Below, in pieces: positions 47,220 to 56,929 of a stretch of DNA of 64,000 nt; position 1 is the first letter of the stretch; each line of letters opens with the position of its first letter. Both the position numbers and the translations under genes were made by a program. The stretch comes from Rubripirellula sp. (GTDB taxonomy: Bacteria > Planctomycetota > Planctomycetia > Pirellulales > Pirellulaceae), in NCBI GenBank assembly GCA_965216875.1, contig OZ244207.1, forward strand, positions 6,432,001 through 6,496,000, written 5' to 3'. The notes under the pieces are model-generated. The model was not told the origin of the DNA and ran no database searches. It saw nothing but the letters and a program-made list of their open reading frames with translations.

Positions 47220-47482
47220 GCTGACGGGTGATTTTGGCCCCCCGCCAGGAAAAGGCAGCTGTCGGGGGAGTCAACCACCACTGTGTGAATCTGTGACGAT
47301 TGCGTGATGGTTCGTGATTGCGTTGTCTTCACCGATCATGTTGATCGTAGCCCGCCGATCGTGCGGATTGCAGCGATACCATGCCTTGCTCCGAAAAACA
47401 CCTTTGAGTGGGTATCTCGTAATTGTCTGCGAGATCTGCCGCTCATGACCGCGGCACATTTACCTAGGTCCTACGAATAGCC

Positions 47483-48559
47483 ATGCGTAACAAATCACTT
47501 TTCTTAATGGTCGCTTGTGTCTGCGGCACGATCGCCGCAATTGGTGTGAACCAATGGATGCAAGCCCAAGACAAGGGTGGCGGTGCTCAGACCGTTGGCA
47601 TCCTTGTCGCTGTTGCAAATATTGACAAGGGCGCCGAAATCAAGGCCGAGAACGTAGAGCTTGAAGAATGGCCCGCCGGGAAGATTCCCGATGGTGCAAC
47701 TGCAAACTACGAAGACGTCGTCGGCAAGTTCGCCAAGACTCAGTTCTACAAGGGCGAAGCTCTGATGGCGGTGAAGCTGACCGAGAGCAGCCACAAAGTC
47801 ATTCCTAAGGGATACAACGTCGTTGCTTTGAAGGCACGAGACGTCAGTATTGCCAACGTCATCCAACCCGGTGACCTGGTGAACGTGATGTCCTACTTCA
47901 ATAAGAGCGAATTGATTCCTCGTCCGATCACAAAAACGGTTTTGATGGGCGTGCGAGTCTATGCAATCAACGGCGACACCGAGCGACACGTCGGCGAAGA
48001 CAAGCCAAAGACCGTCAACGACATCCAGCTGCTGATTCACAAAAACGACGCGGAAGCGTGGACCTACGCAAACGAAATCGGAAAGATTCGTTTGGCCATC
48101 GGCAACGATGATGATTACGGATCCGACATTGCCGAAGATGGTTCGAGCATCGCTGGAAAAGAGTTCGTCGATTGGATGGACGCTTACCAACGAGAGCAAG
48201 AGGCACGTGCCCGCGAGGCGGAAGCCAGTAAGCGAGAGGCAAACAAGCCTCGCACCGTGCAAACAAAAGCAGCTGCTCCTTCGGGACCAACGCGAAGCAA
48301 AGATGGTTTCGCGATCACGAAAATGGTCGAAGGCCGCATGACCAAATACTGGATTGAACCGGGCAAGTTGCCTGTCATCATCGAAGACACCGGACCTTTG
48401 AGTTCAGTGATCCATGACGAACCACCCATGGACACCAACTCCGCAGGCTCGGGAAGCGATCAACAGCCTCAGGGCGAAGATGATCGTGACGTTGATTACA
48501 GCTACCTCAACGGTGAAGACAGCCCGTTTTACCAACCGCCTGCTGGCGGCGAGTTTTGA
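47483..48559 (+). CDS. cpaB: Flp pilus assembly protein CpaB/RcpC
   Basis: N-terminal TM, SAF domain (ILVAVANIDKG...WP), IQPGDLVNV, VRVYAI; tad context. Confidence 0.92.
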   Translation: MRNKSLFLMVACVCGTIAAIGVNQWMQAQDKGGGAQTVGILVAVANIDKGAEIKAENVELEEWPAGKIPDGATANYEDVVGKFAKTQFYKGEALMAVKLTESSHKVIPKGYNVVALKARDVSIANVIQPGDLVNVMSYFNKSELIPRPITKTVLMGVRVYAINGDTERHVGEDKPKTVNDIQLLIHKNDAEAWTYANEIGKIRLAIGNDDDYGSDIAEDGSSIAGKEFVDWMDAYQREQEARAREAEASKREANKPRTVQTKAAAPSGPTRSKDGFAITKMVEGRMTKYWIEPGKLPVIIEDTGPLSSVIHDEPPMDTNSAGSGSDQQPQGEDDRDVDYSYLNGEDSPFYQPPAGGEF

Positions 48560-48712
48560 GCCAATTTCGTATGGCTCGTCAATGTTGATGAGCCGTACTT
48601 CCGTTTGTTTAACTTTTGACAACCGTTACCCGCATGGACCTTCACGCCGAGCACTTCTGCTCGTGAGTGAATTTCGGACGGATCCGAAAGGTCCCGCAAG
48701 GATGCATCCGCG

Positions 48713-50242
48713 ATGGAAACGACCCGATTGCCGGCGAAACTTTTCGTAGCCCTGCTACTGGTCGCTGGCTTGACAGCGACAGGTCCCCAGCAAGTCCGCG
48801 CACAACAGCGTGGGCCGATCATGCTGGCGTCGAACGAATCGACGGTTAGCCACAACATTTCGCAATCGATTGAGCGATTGGAGATGTTGGTCAAGAGCAG
48901 CCGCATTTTGACTTTGGAAGAGCGGATTCCAAAGTTCCAGGTTCACAACGAAGAGGTGTTGGGTGCCACGCCGGTTTCCCAAAACCAAATTCAGATCTTC
49001 GCCAAGAATCCTGGTACCACACAGCTGAACCTGTGGGACACCAACGACAAATTGTACACCGTCGATGTGGTTGTCCTCGCAGATGCTCGTGAGGTCGAGG
49101 GTATCCTTGGATCCCAGCTGCCACTGGCATCGCTCAAAGTCATGCCTCTCAGCAGTGGTGCGATCGTTTCCGGATCGGTTACCAACGTGGATGACGTTGA
49201 CCGAGCGGTTGCCATCGTCGAGCAGTTCTACACTTCGGTCGTCAACAACATCAAAGTGGTTGGTGTGCAACAAGTGTTGCTGCACACACGAATCATGGAA
49301 GTGTCGCGAACCAAATTCCGCGACCTCGGTATCGACTTCGCGCTGATCAACAACAACAAGCTGTTGGTCAACGCACCCGGTAACTTGATCAATGCTCCCG
49401 CAAGTACGCTTGCCGGAGCCGTGCCTGAAGCAGACGCCGCACAGGTTCGCATCTTCACAGGCGACTTCGAAGCACTCATTGCCGCTTTGCGTCGCGAAGA
49501 CTTGATCAAATTCCTGGCCGAGCCAACGGTGGTCGCCACGCACGGTCGTCCGGCTCGATTCACGGTCGGTGGTAAAGTGCCTTACGTTGTTCCATCGGGT
49601 GACGATGCGGTGACGATCGCTTACGAAGAATATGGAACGTCGGTTGACTTCTTGCCCTTCGTGGTGGGGCCCGGCCGAGTCCGTTTGGAAGTTCGACCTG
49701 AAGTCAGCGAGCCTGATAACTCACGTTCGATCGAAGCGGCTGGTATTGTCGTTCCCGCCTTTAGCCAACGCTATGTCGAAACGGCAGTCGAATTGCAAGC
49801 CGGTCAAACCTTTGCGATTGCTGGTTTGCTGCAAAGCCGAACCGAATCAAACCAACGTGCGACACCATTCCTTGGTGAGATTCCTTACCTCGGTGTGTTC
49901 TTCCGTCGCATGCAAGAACGACGCAATGACATTGAATTACTCGTGACCGTAACGCCAGAGTTGGTTGATGCCATGGACCCACACGAAGTACCACCGGGTG
50001 GACCTGGTTTGAACTCGAACTCGCCAAACGACCACGAGTTGTACTTGAAGGGGCATTTGGAAGTTCCAAACTTGCTGGGCGGCGACGGAAGCTGCTACGG
50101 CGATGGATTTAGTGAAGTCGGACCTGTTTACGGCAGCGAAGTTTCCTCGGGCATGTATCCCCACAACGCGATTGTTCCTGGACAGTCGCCAACCGTTGTG
50201 GGCGAAGGCGTGACCGTCACTGCACCACCCCAACAGCAGTGA
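48713..50242 (+). CDS. cpaC: Flp pilus secretin CpaC/RcpA
   Basis: PGTTQLNLW, QVLLHTRIMEVSR, LAEPTVVA, GQTFAIAGLL, PFLGEIPYLGVFFR, ELLVTVTPELV. Confidence 0.95.
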   Translation: METTRLPAKLFVALLLVAGLTATGPQQVRAQQRGPIMLASNESTVSHNISQSIERLEMLVKSSRILTLEERIPKFQVHNEEVLGATPVSQNQIQIFAKNPGTTQLNLWDTNDKLYTVDVVVLADAREVEGILGSQLPLASLKVMPLSSGAIVSGSVTNVDDVDRAVAIVEQFYTSVVNNIKVVGVQQVLLHTRIMEVSRTKFRDLGIDFALINNNKLLVNAPGNLINAPASTLAGAVPEADAAQVRIFTGDFEALIAALRREDLIKFLAEPTVVATHGRPARFTVGGKVPYVVPSGDDAVTIAYEEYGTSVDFLPFVVGPGRVRLEVRPEVSEPDNSRSIEAAGIVVPAFSQRYVETAVELQAGQTFAIAGLLQSRTESNQRATPFLGEIPYLGVFFRRMQERRNDIELLVTVTPELVDAMDPHEVPPGGPGLNSNSPNDHELYLKGHLEVPNLLGGDGSCYGDGFSEVGPVYGSEVSSGMYPHNAIVPGQSPTVVGEGVTVTAPPQQQ

Positions 50243-50314
50243 CCGAGGCGGGCTAGTCGGTGAACGTTGGACTAGCTCGAAAGCAACCCTAGAAGTGACC
50301 GGACATATGTCGTT

Positions 50315-51535
50315 ATGAGCAATGTACTAAGAATCGCGTTGGTCGATCCGAATGACGGAAGTCGCGAAAGCCTCAAAGCAATGCTTTTGGGTATGGACAC
50401 CGTCTGGTTGGAGGCTGATTGTTCGCGGTACGAGTTCTTTCCTGATGTGATCGAGCAGACCGCACCCGATGTTGGTGTTGTCGCACTCGATGCGGATCCG
50501 GACAAGGCAATCGATCTCGTTCAGCGGCTTTCGTCGGAAGCACCTGATACCGCTATCTTGGCGGCCAGCGAAAACACCGATGGACACCTGATCCTGCGCA
50601 CCATCCGCGCCGGTGCTCGCGAATTCTTGACATTGCCTCTTTCGGATGAGGACTTGGCGGGGGCTCTCGAGAGAGTGAGCCAACAAAAGTTCGGTTCGAG
50701 TGAAGGTGGCGCACGCTCTTGCGAAGTCATTGCCATCGCTGGTGCGACCGGCGGTGTTGGCAGCACAAGTACCGCAGTCAATCTTGGTTGCGTCCTGGCC
50801 GAGGATTCGCGCAACAGTGTTGCACTGCTCGACCTCGACCTGGCACTCGGTGACGCCGATGTGTTTCTCGATTCGATTCCGGATTACACGCTCGCCGATG
50901 TGGTTCAAAACATCTCGCGGCTCGACATCCAACTGCTCAAGCGATCGTTGACGAAGCACAGCAGCGGCCTGTACCTGCTTCCGCGTCCTGTCGAACTGCA
51001 CGACACGCTTGCCATTACCGACGATAACTTGCGGAAGGTGATCGGGCTTCTGAAAGCCTCGTTCACTCACTTGATTATCGACCTTTCAAAAACGTACAGC
51101 GCCGTGGACATGGCGGCGATCGAGAACGCATCTCGTGTTGTGTTGGTGACCCAGCTCGATCTCCCCTGTCTGCGTAACGTTGTCCGTTTGATGATGAGCT
51201 TCGAAGAAATCGAAGGTCTTCACAGCAAGGTTGAAATCGTGGTCAACCGTGCCGGTCTCGATTCAGGCCAAATCAGCCTGAAGAAGGCAAAGGAAACACT
51301 CGGCCGCGAAGTCTTTGCGCTGCTTCCCAACGACTATCGAACGATGGTCGAAGTCCGCAACAACGGTGTGCCGTTGATCGTGCAAGCACCCAAAGCGGCC
51401 ATTACGACCGCGATGCGCGAGCTTGCCGTCAAACTCGAAGGTGAACCCGAGAGTGCGATCGAAGGTGAGGACGGCGACTCAAAGCCATCCGAAAGCAAGT
51501 GGAAAAAATTCTGGCCCGGCTCGGCAAAGTCGTAG
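50315..51535 (+). CDS. cpaE: Flp pilus assembly protein CpaE/TadZ (receiver-like domain + MinD/ParA-type ATPase)
   Basis: RAGAREFL, GATGGVGSTSTAVNL, LDLDL, VVNR. Confidence 0.92.
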   Translation: MSNVLRIALVDPNDGSRESLKAMLLGMDTVWLEADCSRYEFFPDVIEQTAPDVGVVALDADPDKAIDLVQRLSSEAPDTAILAASENTDGHLILRTIRAGAREFLTLPLSDEDLAGALERVSQQKFGSSEGGARSCEVIAIAGATGGVGSTSTAVNLGCVLAEDSRNSVALLDLDLALGDADVFLDSIPDYTLADVVQNISRLDIQLLKRSLTKHSSGLYLLPRPVELHDTLAITDDNLRKVIGLLKASFTHLIIDLSKTYSAVDMAAIENASRVVLVTQLDLPCLRNVVRLMMSFEEIEGLHSKVEIVVNRAGLDSGQISLKKAKETLGREVFALLPNDYRTMVEVRNNGVPLIVQAPKAAITTAMRELAVKLEGEPESAIEGEDGDSKPSESKWKKFWPGSAKS

Positions 51536-51547
51536 AGCGTTGTGGTT

Positions 51548-51723
51548 GTAGGCCGGATCAATAAGCGACAGCGACGCAGATCCGGCAGTTTCTCAAACAA
51601 CCGCAGATACGGTTCTTGCCTTCGCGACAATCGACGACGCGTCAATTGTCATGCGGAGCATGACCTACAAAGAGGACGCGGAGCGTCCGAAGAGAACGTT
51701 ACCACGCAGAGCGTGGTAACGAG
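51548..51723. repeat. REP family D copy (51548-51587) and family B copy (51648-51723)
   Basis: Matches 25539-25580 and 10943-11018 respectively. Confidence 0.85.
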
Positions 51724-51778
51724 GTGGACAACCGCACGCTATCGCGTTGCGGCTCGAGAGTGCCGTCAAACCTAGGCA

Positions 51779-53239
51779 CTACTTGCGCGACTCGATCCAC
51801 TCGATCAGTGTTTGCACCAGCGCTCCGGTTGCACCGCCATCACGGTGTGGCTTAGGTCCGTCCGCAAACGCGGGACCCGCGATGTCGATATGGACCCACG
51901 GCGTCTCGCCCACAAAGTTTTCTAAAAACTTGGCGGCGGTGATTGCGCCTCCCCATCGCCCTTCCCCGATGTTCTTGATGTCGGCGATGCTGCTTTTGAT
52001 TTTTTCGTCGTACAGCTTGAACATTGGCAATTGCCAAACCGGCTCACCGACCTGGTTGGCTGCCGCTTCGACTTCGTCGCAAAGCGCTTGATCATTCGTC
52101 ATCAGCCCCGCGACTTCCATTCCGAGCGCGACCAGACAAGCGCCGGTGAGGGTTGCCAAGTCGACCATCGCAGCGGGTTGATGTTGGATCGCGACATCGA
52201 GCGTGTCTGCCAAAACGACGCGGCCTTCAGCGTCCGTGTTGAGGATCTCGATTGTCTTTCCACTTCGGGTCTCGATCACATCGCCAAGCTTGTAGCTGTC
52301 ACCCGAGACCATGTTTTCGGCCAAGCCACAGAAACCGAGCACGTTCTTTTTGATGCCGAGTTTGGCCATGGCATGCATCACGCCGACAACGGTTGCAGCG
52401 CCAGCCATGTCGCACTTCATGTCGGTCATCGACGCACTTGGCTTAAGAGAGAGCCCGCCGCTGTCGAACGTGACCCCTTTGCCGACCAATGCGAGCGGGG
52501 CTTCATTACCGCCGCCATTGTGACGAAGGATCAGCAAACGTGGTGGGCGAGTTGATCCGGCACCGACCGCCAGCATGGCTCGGCAACCTTCTTTGACAAG
52601 ACGTTCTTCATCCCAAATCTCGGCTTCCAGCCCCACCGACTTGGCAAGTTCTGCGGCACGATCCGCAAAGCTTTCGGGGTAGATCACCGCCGGTGGTTCA
52701 TTGACCAAACGACGGGTGTGGTTGATCGACTGGCCAATTGCTTGCCCGCGATCGATGGCCGACTGGTCGATGCCAACGAACTCGAATTGATCGGGAACAT
52801 CGAGTCCACCTTCGCTCTGGTAGATGCCCTGTCCCTCGCAAGCGACCAGGCAACCGGCGACGATGGCGTCGTGCAGCGAAGCGTCAAAAGCACCGGCCAA
52901 GGCAATGGCGATGCTCTTTCGCGGACGGTCGATCAGTTTACGGACGGCCGTCGAAGCGGTTTGGTAGGCGAGTTGCCGTGAAGCTTGATCGGGCGAACCG
53001 ACGCCGATCGCCACCACGGTGGAAGGGCCCGATTCAGCCGAAGCGGCGATCACGTTGATCTCGCCACGCTTACCACGCACTTGCCCCTCGGTGACCAATC
53101 GCTCGATCGACCCTTGTTCGGGGAGCGATCCTTGAAGGCCACCTTCTTCCGAAATCGCGACCACCACTACCGAGGCATCGCTACTTGAAAGGTCGGGGAC
53201 AGATTTTAGATTCGGCGTTGGTAGGGGCAGGCTTTCCAT
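51779..53239 (-). CDS. pepA: leucyl aminopeptidase (M17)
   Basis: VGKGVTFDSGG, MKCDMAGAA, NTDAEGRVVLAD, DLATLTGA, WVHIDIAG. Confidence 0.96.
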   Translation of the reverse strand: MESLPLPTPNLKSVPDLSSSDASVVVVAISEEGGLQGSLPEQGSIERLVTEGQVRGKRGEINVIAASAESGPSTVVAIGVGSPDQASRQLAYQTASTAVRKLIDRPRKSIAIALAGAFDASLHDAIVAGCLVACEGQGIYQSEGGLDVPDQFEFVGIDQSAIDRGQAIGQSINHTRRLVNEPPAVIYPESFADRAAELAKSVGLEAEIWDEERLVKEGCRAMLAVGAGSTRPPRLLILRHNGGGNEAPLALVGKGVTFDSGGLSLKPSASMTDMKCDMAGAATVVGVMHAMAKLGIKKNVLGFCGLAENMVSGDSYKLGDVIETRSGKTIEILNTDAEGRVVLADTLDVAIQHQPAAMVDLATLTGACLVALGMEVAGLMTNDQALCDEVEAAANQVGEPVWQLPMFKLYDEKIKSSIADIKNIGEGRWGGAITAAKFLENFVGETPWVHIDIAGPAFADGPKPHRDGGATGALVQTLIEWIESRK

Positions 53240-53465
53240 GACGGTATCAATGAAGGTAGCGTAGTGTTTAGATTCAGCGACCCATTCTGCCGCTCGTTGG
53301 CGTCGCGCCAGTTGATTTTGGCTCGCTGCGTTAGTCTAGCGCTCTGTCGACGGTTATCCTACCCCGGCAATGCGACCTCGCCGGACCCTCGCTTCTGCCT
53401 GATTCACACGCTCCTCAACGGGCGGCTTTGACACCACTGCATGACTATCACCGGTTGAACGACGG

Positions 53466-55298
53466 ATGAAACACCGCAGCACCCAAGAGGTGATTAACGA
53501 CCTGCGCGCCGGCGATCGCTTGATCGAAATCGACGACGAAGTCGATCCGCACCTTGAGATGGCCGAGATCCAGCGACGCGTTTATTCCAGCGGCGGACCC
53601 GCGTTGCTGTTCAACAACGTGAAGGGATCGTCGTTTCGTGCTGCGTCGAACCTGTTCGCATCACTCGACCAAGCTCGCTATCTCTTCCGCGACACTCTTG
53701 ATTCGGTGCGGCGGGTGATCGAGGTCAAACTCGACCCCTCTGCCCTGCCCCGCAAGCCGTTTCGCTACGCCGGTGTTCCGTTGACCGCGCTTCGGATGCT
53801 GCCGAAGAAATGCCGAAGCGGTCCGGTGACAGCCAACAAGACGTCGGTTTCATCATTGCCAATGATCAAAAGTTGGCCTGACGACGGTGGGGCGTTTGTT
53901 ACCCTGCCTCAAGTCTTGAGTGACGACCCGACCGACGCAGGGAATTTGATGCGCGTCAACTTGGGCATGTACCGCATCCAGTTGTCTGGCAATCAATACG
54001 AAGTCGATCGCGAAGTGGGTTTGCACTACCAGATTCATCGAGGCATCGGTGTGCATCATCGCGCGGCTCTGGACGCCGGCCAACCACTCAAGGTCGCGAT
54101 CACGGTGGGCGGCTCGCCAGCGATGAGCCTTTCGGCCGTGATGCCGCTTCCGGAAGGTTTGACAGAACTGACGTTCGCGGGGGCTCTTTCGGGGCGTCGA
54201 ATCCGTCTGGTCGTCGGCGATCATGCGCCCGTCTACTCCGATGCCGACTTTGCGTTGGTGGGAACGATCGATCCAAACCAAACCAAACCGGAAGGTCCCT
54301 TTGGCGATCACTTGGGCTATTACAGCCTCGAACATCCCTTCCCAGTGATGAAGGTGGATCATGTCTGGCACCGCGATGACGCGATCTGGCCCTTCACGGT
54401 CGTGGGACGCCCGCCGCAAGAAGACACAACGTTCGGTCAGCTAATTCATGAACTAACCGATCCGATCATTCCAACGGTCATTCCCGGTGTGAAGGCAGTG
54501 CACGCTGTGGATGCGGCCGGAGTGCATCCGTTGCTGCTCGCGATCGGCAGCGAGCGGTACATGCCTTATCTCAACCATCCTGCGCCCCAGGAATTGCTCA
54601 CGCAAGCCAATGCGATTCTTGGCAATGGGCAATTGTCACTGGCCAAGTACTTATGGATCACTGACGACCCCCAGGACCAACTGGATATTCACAACATCGA
54701 ATCGTTCTTGGCTCACATCTTGCGGCGGGCCGATTGGAAACGAGATCTGCACTTCCAGACCCAGACCACGATCGACACGCTTGACTACAGCGGAACGGGT
54801 TTCAATCAGGGGTCGAAACTCGTGATCGCCGCGACGGGACAGCCGATTCGTGAGTTGCCAACCGAACTGCCCAGTGACCTCGCACTGCCTGATGGCTTTT
54901 CCAGCCCACGAGTCGTTGCACCGGGCGTGCTTGCGATCGAGGCACCTCGTTTCACCGACGATTCGGCGCATCGACACCTCCGAGCCTTCTGTGAATCGAT
55001 ACCGTTCCCATCAGGACTGAATGCATTCCCACTGGTCACCCTGGTTGATGACAGCGACTTTGTTGCGCGTTCGATGCAGAATTGGTTGTGGGTCACATTC
55101 ACCCGCAGCAACCCGGCGGCCGATGTGGATGGAATCGACGCAACCACATCCCACAAGCATTGGGGTTGCCGCGGTTCCTTGGTGATCGATGCTCGCATCA
55201 AGCCTCACCACGCGCCCCCGTTGGTCGAGGATCCTGAAACCAGTGCCAAGGTGGATGCGCGTGCGGCACGTGGCGGTCCGCTTGCCAAATACTTATGA
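53466..55298 (+). CDS. UbiD family (prFMN-dependent) decarboxylase
   Basis: GGPALLF, NLGMYR, EGPFGDHLGYYS, VVGRPPQED, DTLDYSG. Confidence 0.93.
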   Translation: MKHRSTQEVINDLRAGDRLIEIDDEVDPHLEMAEIQRRVYSSGGPALLFNNVKGSSFRAASNLFASLDQARYLFRDTLDSVRRVIEVKLDPSALPRKPFRYAGVPLTALRMLPKKCRSGPVTANKTSVSSLPMIKSWPDDGGAFVTLPQVLSDDPTDAGNLMRVNLGMYRIQLSGNQYEVDREVGLHYQIHRGIGVHHRAALDAGQPLKVAITVGGSPAMSLSAVMPLPEGLTELTFAGALSGRRIRLVVGDHAPVYSDADFALVGTIDPNQTKPEGPFGDHLGYYSLEHPFPVMKVDHVWHRDDAIWPFTVVGRPPQEDTTFGQLIHELTDPIIPTVIPGVKAVHAVDAAGVHPLLLAIGSERYMPYLNHPAPQELLTQANAILGNGQLSLAKYLWITDDPQDQLDIHNIESFLAHILRRADWKRDLHFQTQTTIDTLDYSGTGFNQGSKLVIAATGQPIRELPTELPSDLALPDGFSSPRVVAPGVLAIEAPRFTDDSAHRHLRAFCESIPFPSGLNAFPLVTLVDDSDFVARSMQNWLWVTFTRSNPAADVDGIDATTSHKHWGCRGSLVIDARIKPHHAPPLVEDPETSAKVDARAARGGPLAKYL

Positions 55299-55358
55299 TC
55301 GTGCATCCGGTCCCCAAGCAAAATCGATCGTCGTTTTTCTAACGTTTGCCCATTCGCA

Positions 55359-56165
55359 ATGCCGCAACTTCAAGAGCTTTTTCAGTGTGACCATCCGGTG
55401 GCTCTCGTCACCGGCAGCGGTGCGCCACGTGTTGGTCGAGCCGTTGCCAAGCGTCTTGCCAAGCTCGGCTGTCACATCGCGTTACACGCCAATGCAAGTG
55501 TCGAGCAAGCGAATGAAGTCGCCGAGCAGATCAAGCGCGACGCCGGCACTCAAGCAATGGTGACGACCGGTTCACTTGCCGAAGACGAAACGGCCGAACG
55601 CATCGTAGCCGAAACCACCGAGACGTTTGGTCGAGTCGACATTTTGGTCAACAGCGCCGCCATTTGGTTCCCCACCAAACTGGAGCAAGTCTCCGCCGAC
55701 GAAGTCCGCAAGTATTTGCAAATCAATACCGTCGCGTCGCTCCTTTGTGCCAAGGCGGCCGGATTGATCATGGTTGACCAACCGACAGGCGGATCGATCA
55801 TCAACATTGGCGATTGGGCAACCACGCGACCTTACCTTGATCACGCCGCCTACTTTCCCAGTAAGGGAGCGGTCGAAGCGATGACCCGTTCTCTCGCCGT
55901 CGAACTTGGATCTCGCAACGGCAAGGTGCGAGTCAATTGCATCCAACCTGGTCCCGTTCTTTTTGCTGATGACGTCGACGAAGCAACGCGAAAGAAGGTC
56001 GCGACCAGCACGTTGACCGGAAGAACGGGGACGCCTGATCACATCGCGCATGCCGTCGAGTTTCTGTGCGAAAATGATTTTGTCACCGGCGTCTGCCTCC
56101 CTGTCGATGGTGGCCGAAGCGTCTTTGCCCCCGACGGTTTACAAGTCGGAATGAACCTAGGGTGA
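55359..56165 (+). CDS. SDR oxidoreductase, pteridine reductase/FolM-like
   Basis: VTGSGAPRVG, NSAA, YFPSK, RVNCIQPG, VDGGR. Confidence 0.9.
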   Translation: MPQLQELFQCDHPVALVTGSGAPRVGRAVAKRLAKLGCHIALHANASVEQANEVAEQIKRDAGTQAMVTTGSLAEDETAERIVAETTETFGRVDILVNSAAIWFPTKLEQVSADEVRKYLQINTVASLLCAKAAGLIMVDQPTGGSIINIGDWATTRPYLDHAAYFPSKGAVEAMTRSLAVELGSRNGKVRVNCIQPGPVLFADDVDEATRKKVATSTLTGRTGTPDHIAHAVEFLCENDFVTGVCLPVDGGRSVFAPDGLQVGMNLG

Positions 56166-56186
56166 GCGGCAAGATTCTAGCCATCA

Positions 56187-56229
56187 CCCTCCCGCTTGCG
56201 GGAGGGTCCGACGCAAAGTCCGGGGAGGG
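56187..56229. repeat. palindromic intergenic element CCCTCCCGC...GGGAGGG
   Basis: ccctcccgcttgcgggagggtccgacgcaaagtccggggaggg at a convergent junction; single copy in this window. Confidence 0.55.
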
Positions 56230-56326
56230 AATGGCCGGGCTTTGGATGAAGCACCGATTGAGCCACCGAGGGCACTGAGAGCACGGAGTAAGAAACCCAT
56301 GGGGAGAGTAAAAAACACGCAGTCGC

Positions 56327-56929
56327 CTACCCGCGCCGACTGACGTACACGTTATCTCTTATATAAAACCGATACGGTAAATCAGCCGCTTTGCTCAGCC
56401 CGATGCGTGTGGTGGTGACCACTTGCTCGTCTTCAAAATCGACTTGCGCGTCTCGGATATCGATGTCACTCCCGCGGACAAGATCGACACCGTCATCATC
56501 GCGGTCGACGCCGAGGGCTTGGCACAACATGGCAGGTCCGCTCGTGAGTCGCCGATGCTCGTCGAGTCCACGGGACTGCTGCATTTGTTCGATTCCCCAA
56601 ATGGGCTCAATGGCGCGAATCAAGACAGCACACCCGTCGCCCTGTCGCTCGGTTACGGCGTTCAAACAGTACTTTGCATGGATCGGGTAGACGTAAAGCG
56701 TACCCGGTTTGCCAAACATCGACGCATTGGAAGGCGTTTGGCCGCGCGCGCTGTGGCTGGCCAAATCGTCACTCGCCAAATAGGCTTCTGTTTCGATAAT
56801 CATGCCGCCGATCCACCGTCCATCGGATCGCCGCATCAGCAACTTTCCGAGTAGATCACGAGCGACTTGCAACGTCGAGCGATCGTAGAATGTGCGTGGC
56901 AGTCGTTTTTTTCGCGGAGCTGGTTTCAT
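56327..56929 (-). CDS. mpg: DNA-3-methyladenine glycosylase (MPG/AAG family)
   Basis: VARDLLGK, IIETEAY, YVY, AVLIRAIEP, SGPAMLCQAL, RIG; start probably ATG 56929. Confidence 0.95.
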   Translation of the reverse strand: MKPAPRKKRLPRTFYDRSTLQVARDLLGKLLMRRSDGRWIGGMIIETEAYLASDDLASHSARGQTPSNASMFGKPGTLYVYPIHAKYCLNAVTERQGDGCAVLIRAIEPIWGIEQMQQSRGLDEHRRLTSGPAMLCQALGVDRDDDGVDLVRGSDIDIRDAQVDFEDEQVVTTTRIGLSKAADLPYRFYIRDNVYVSRRG

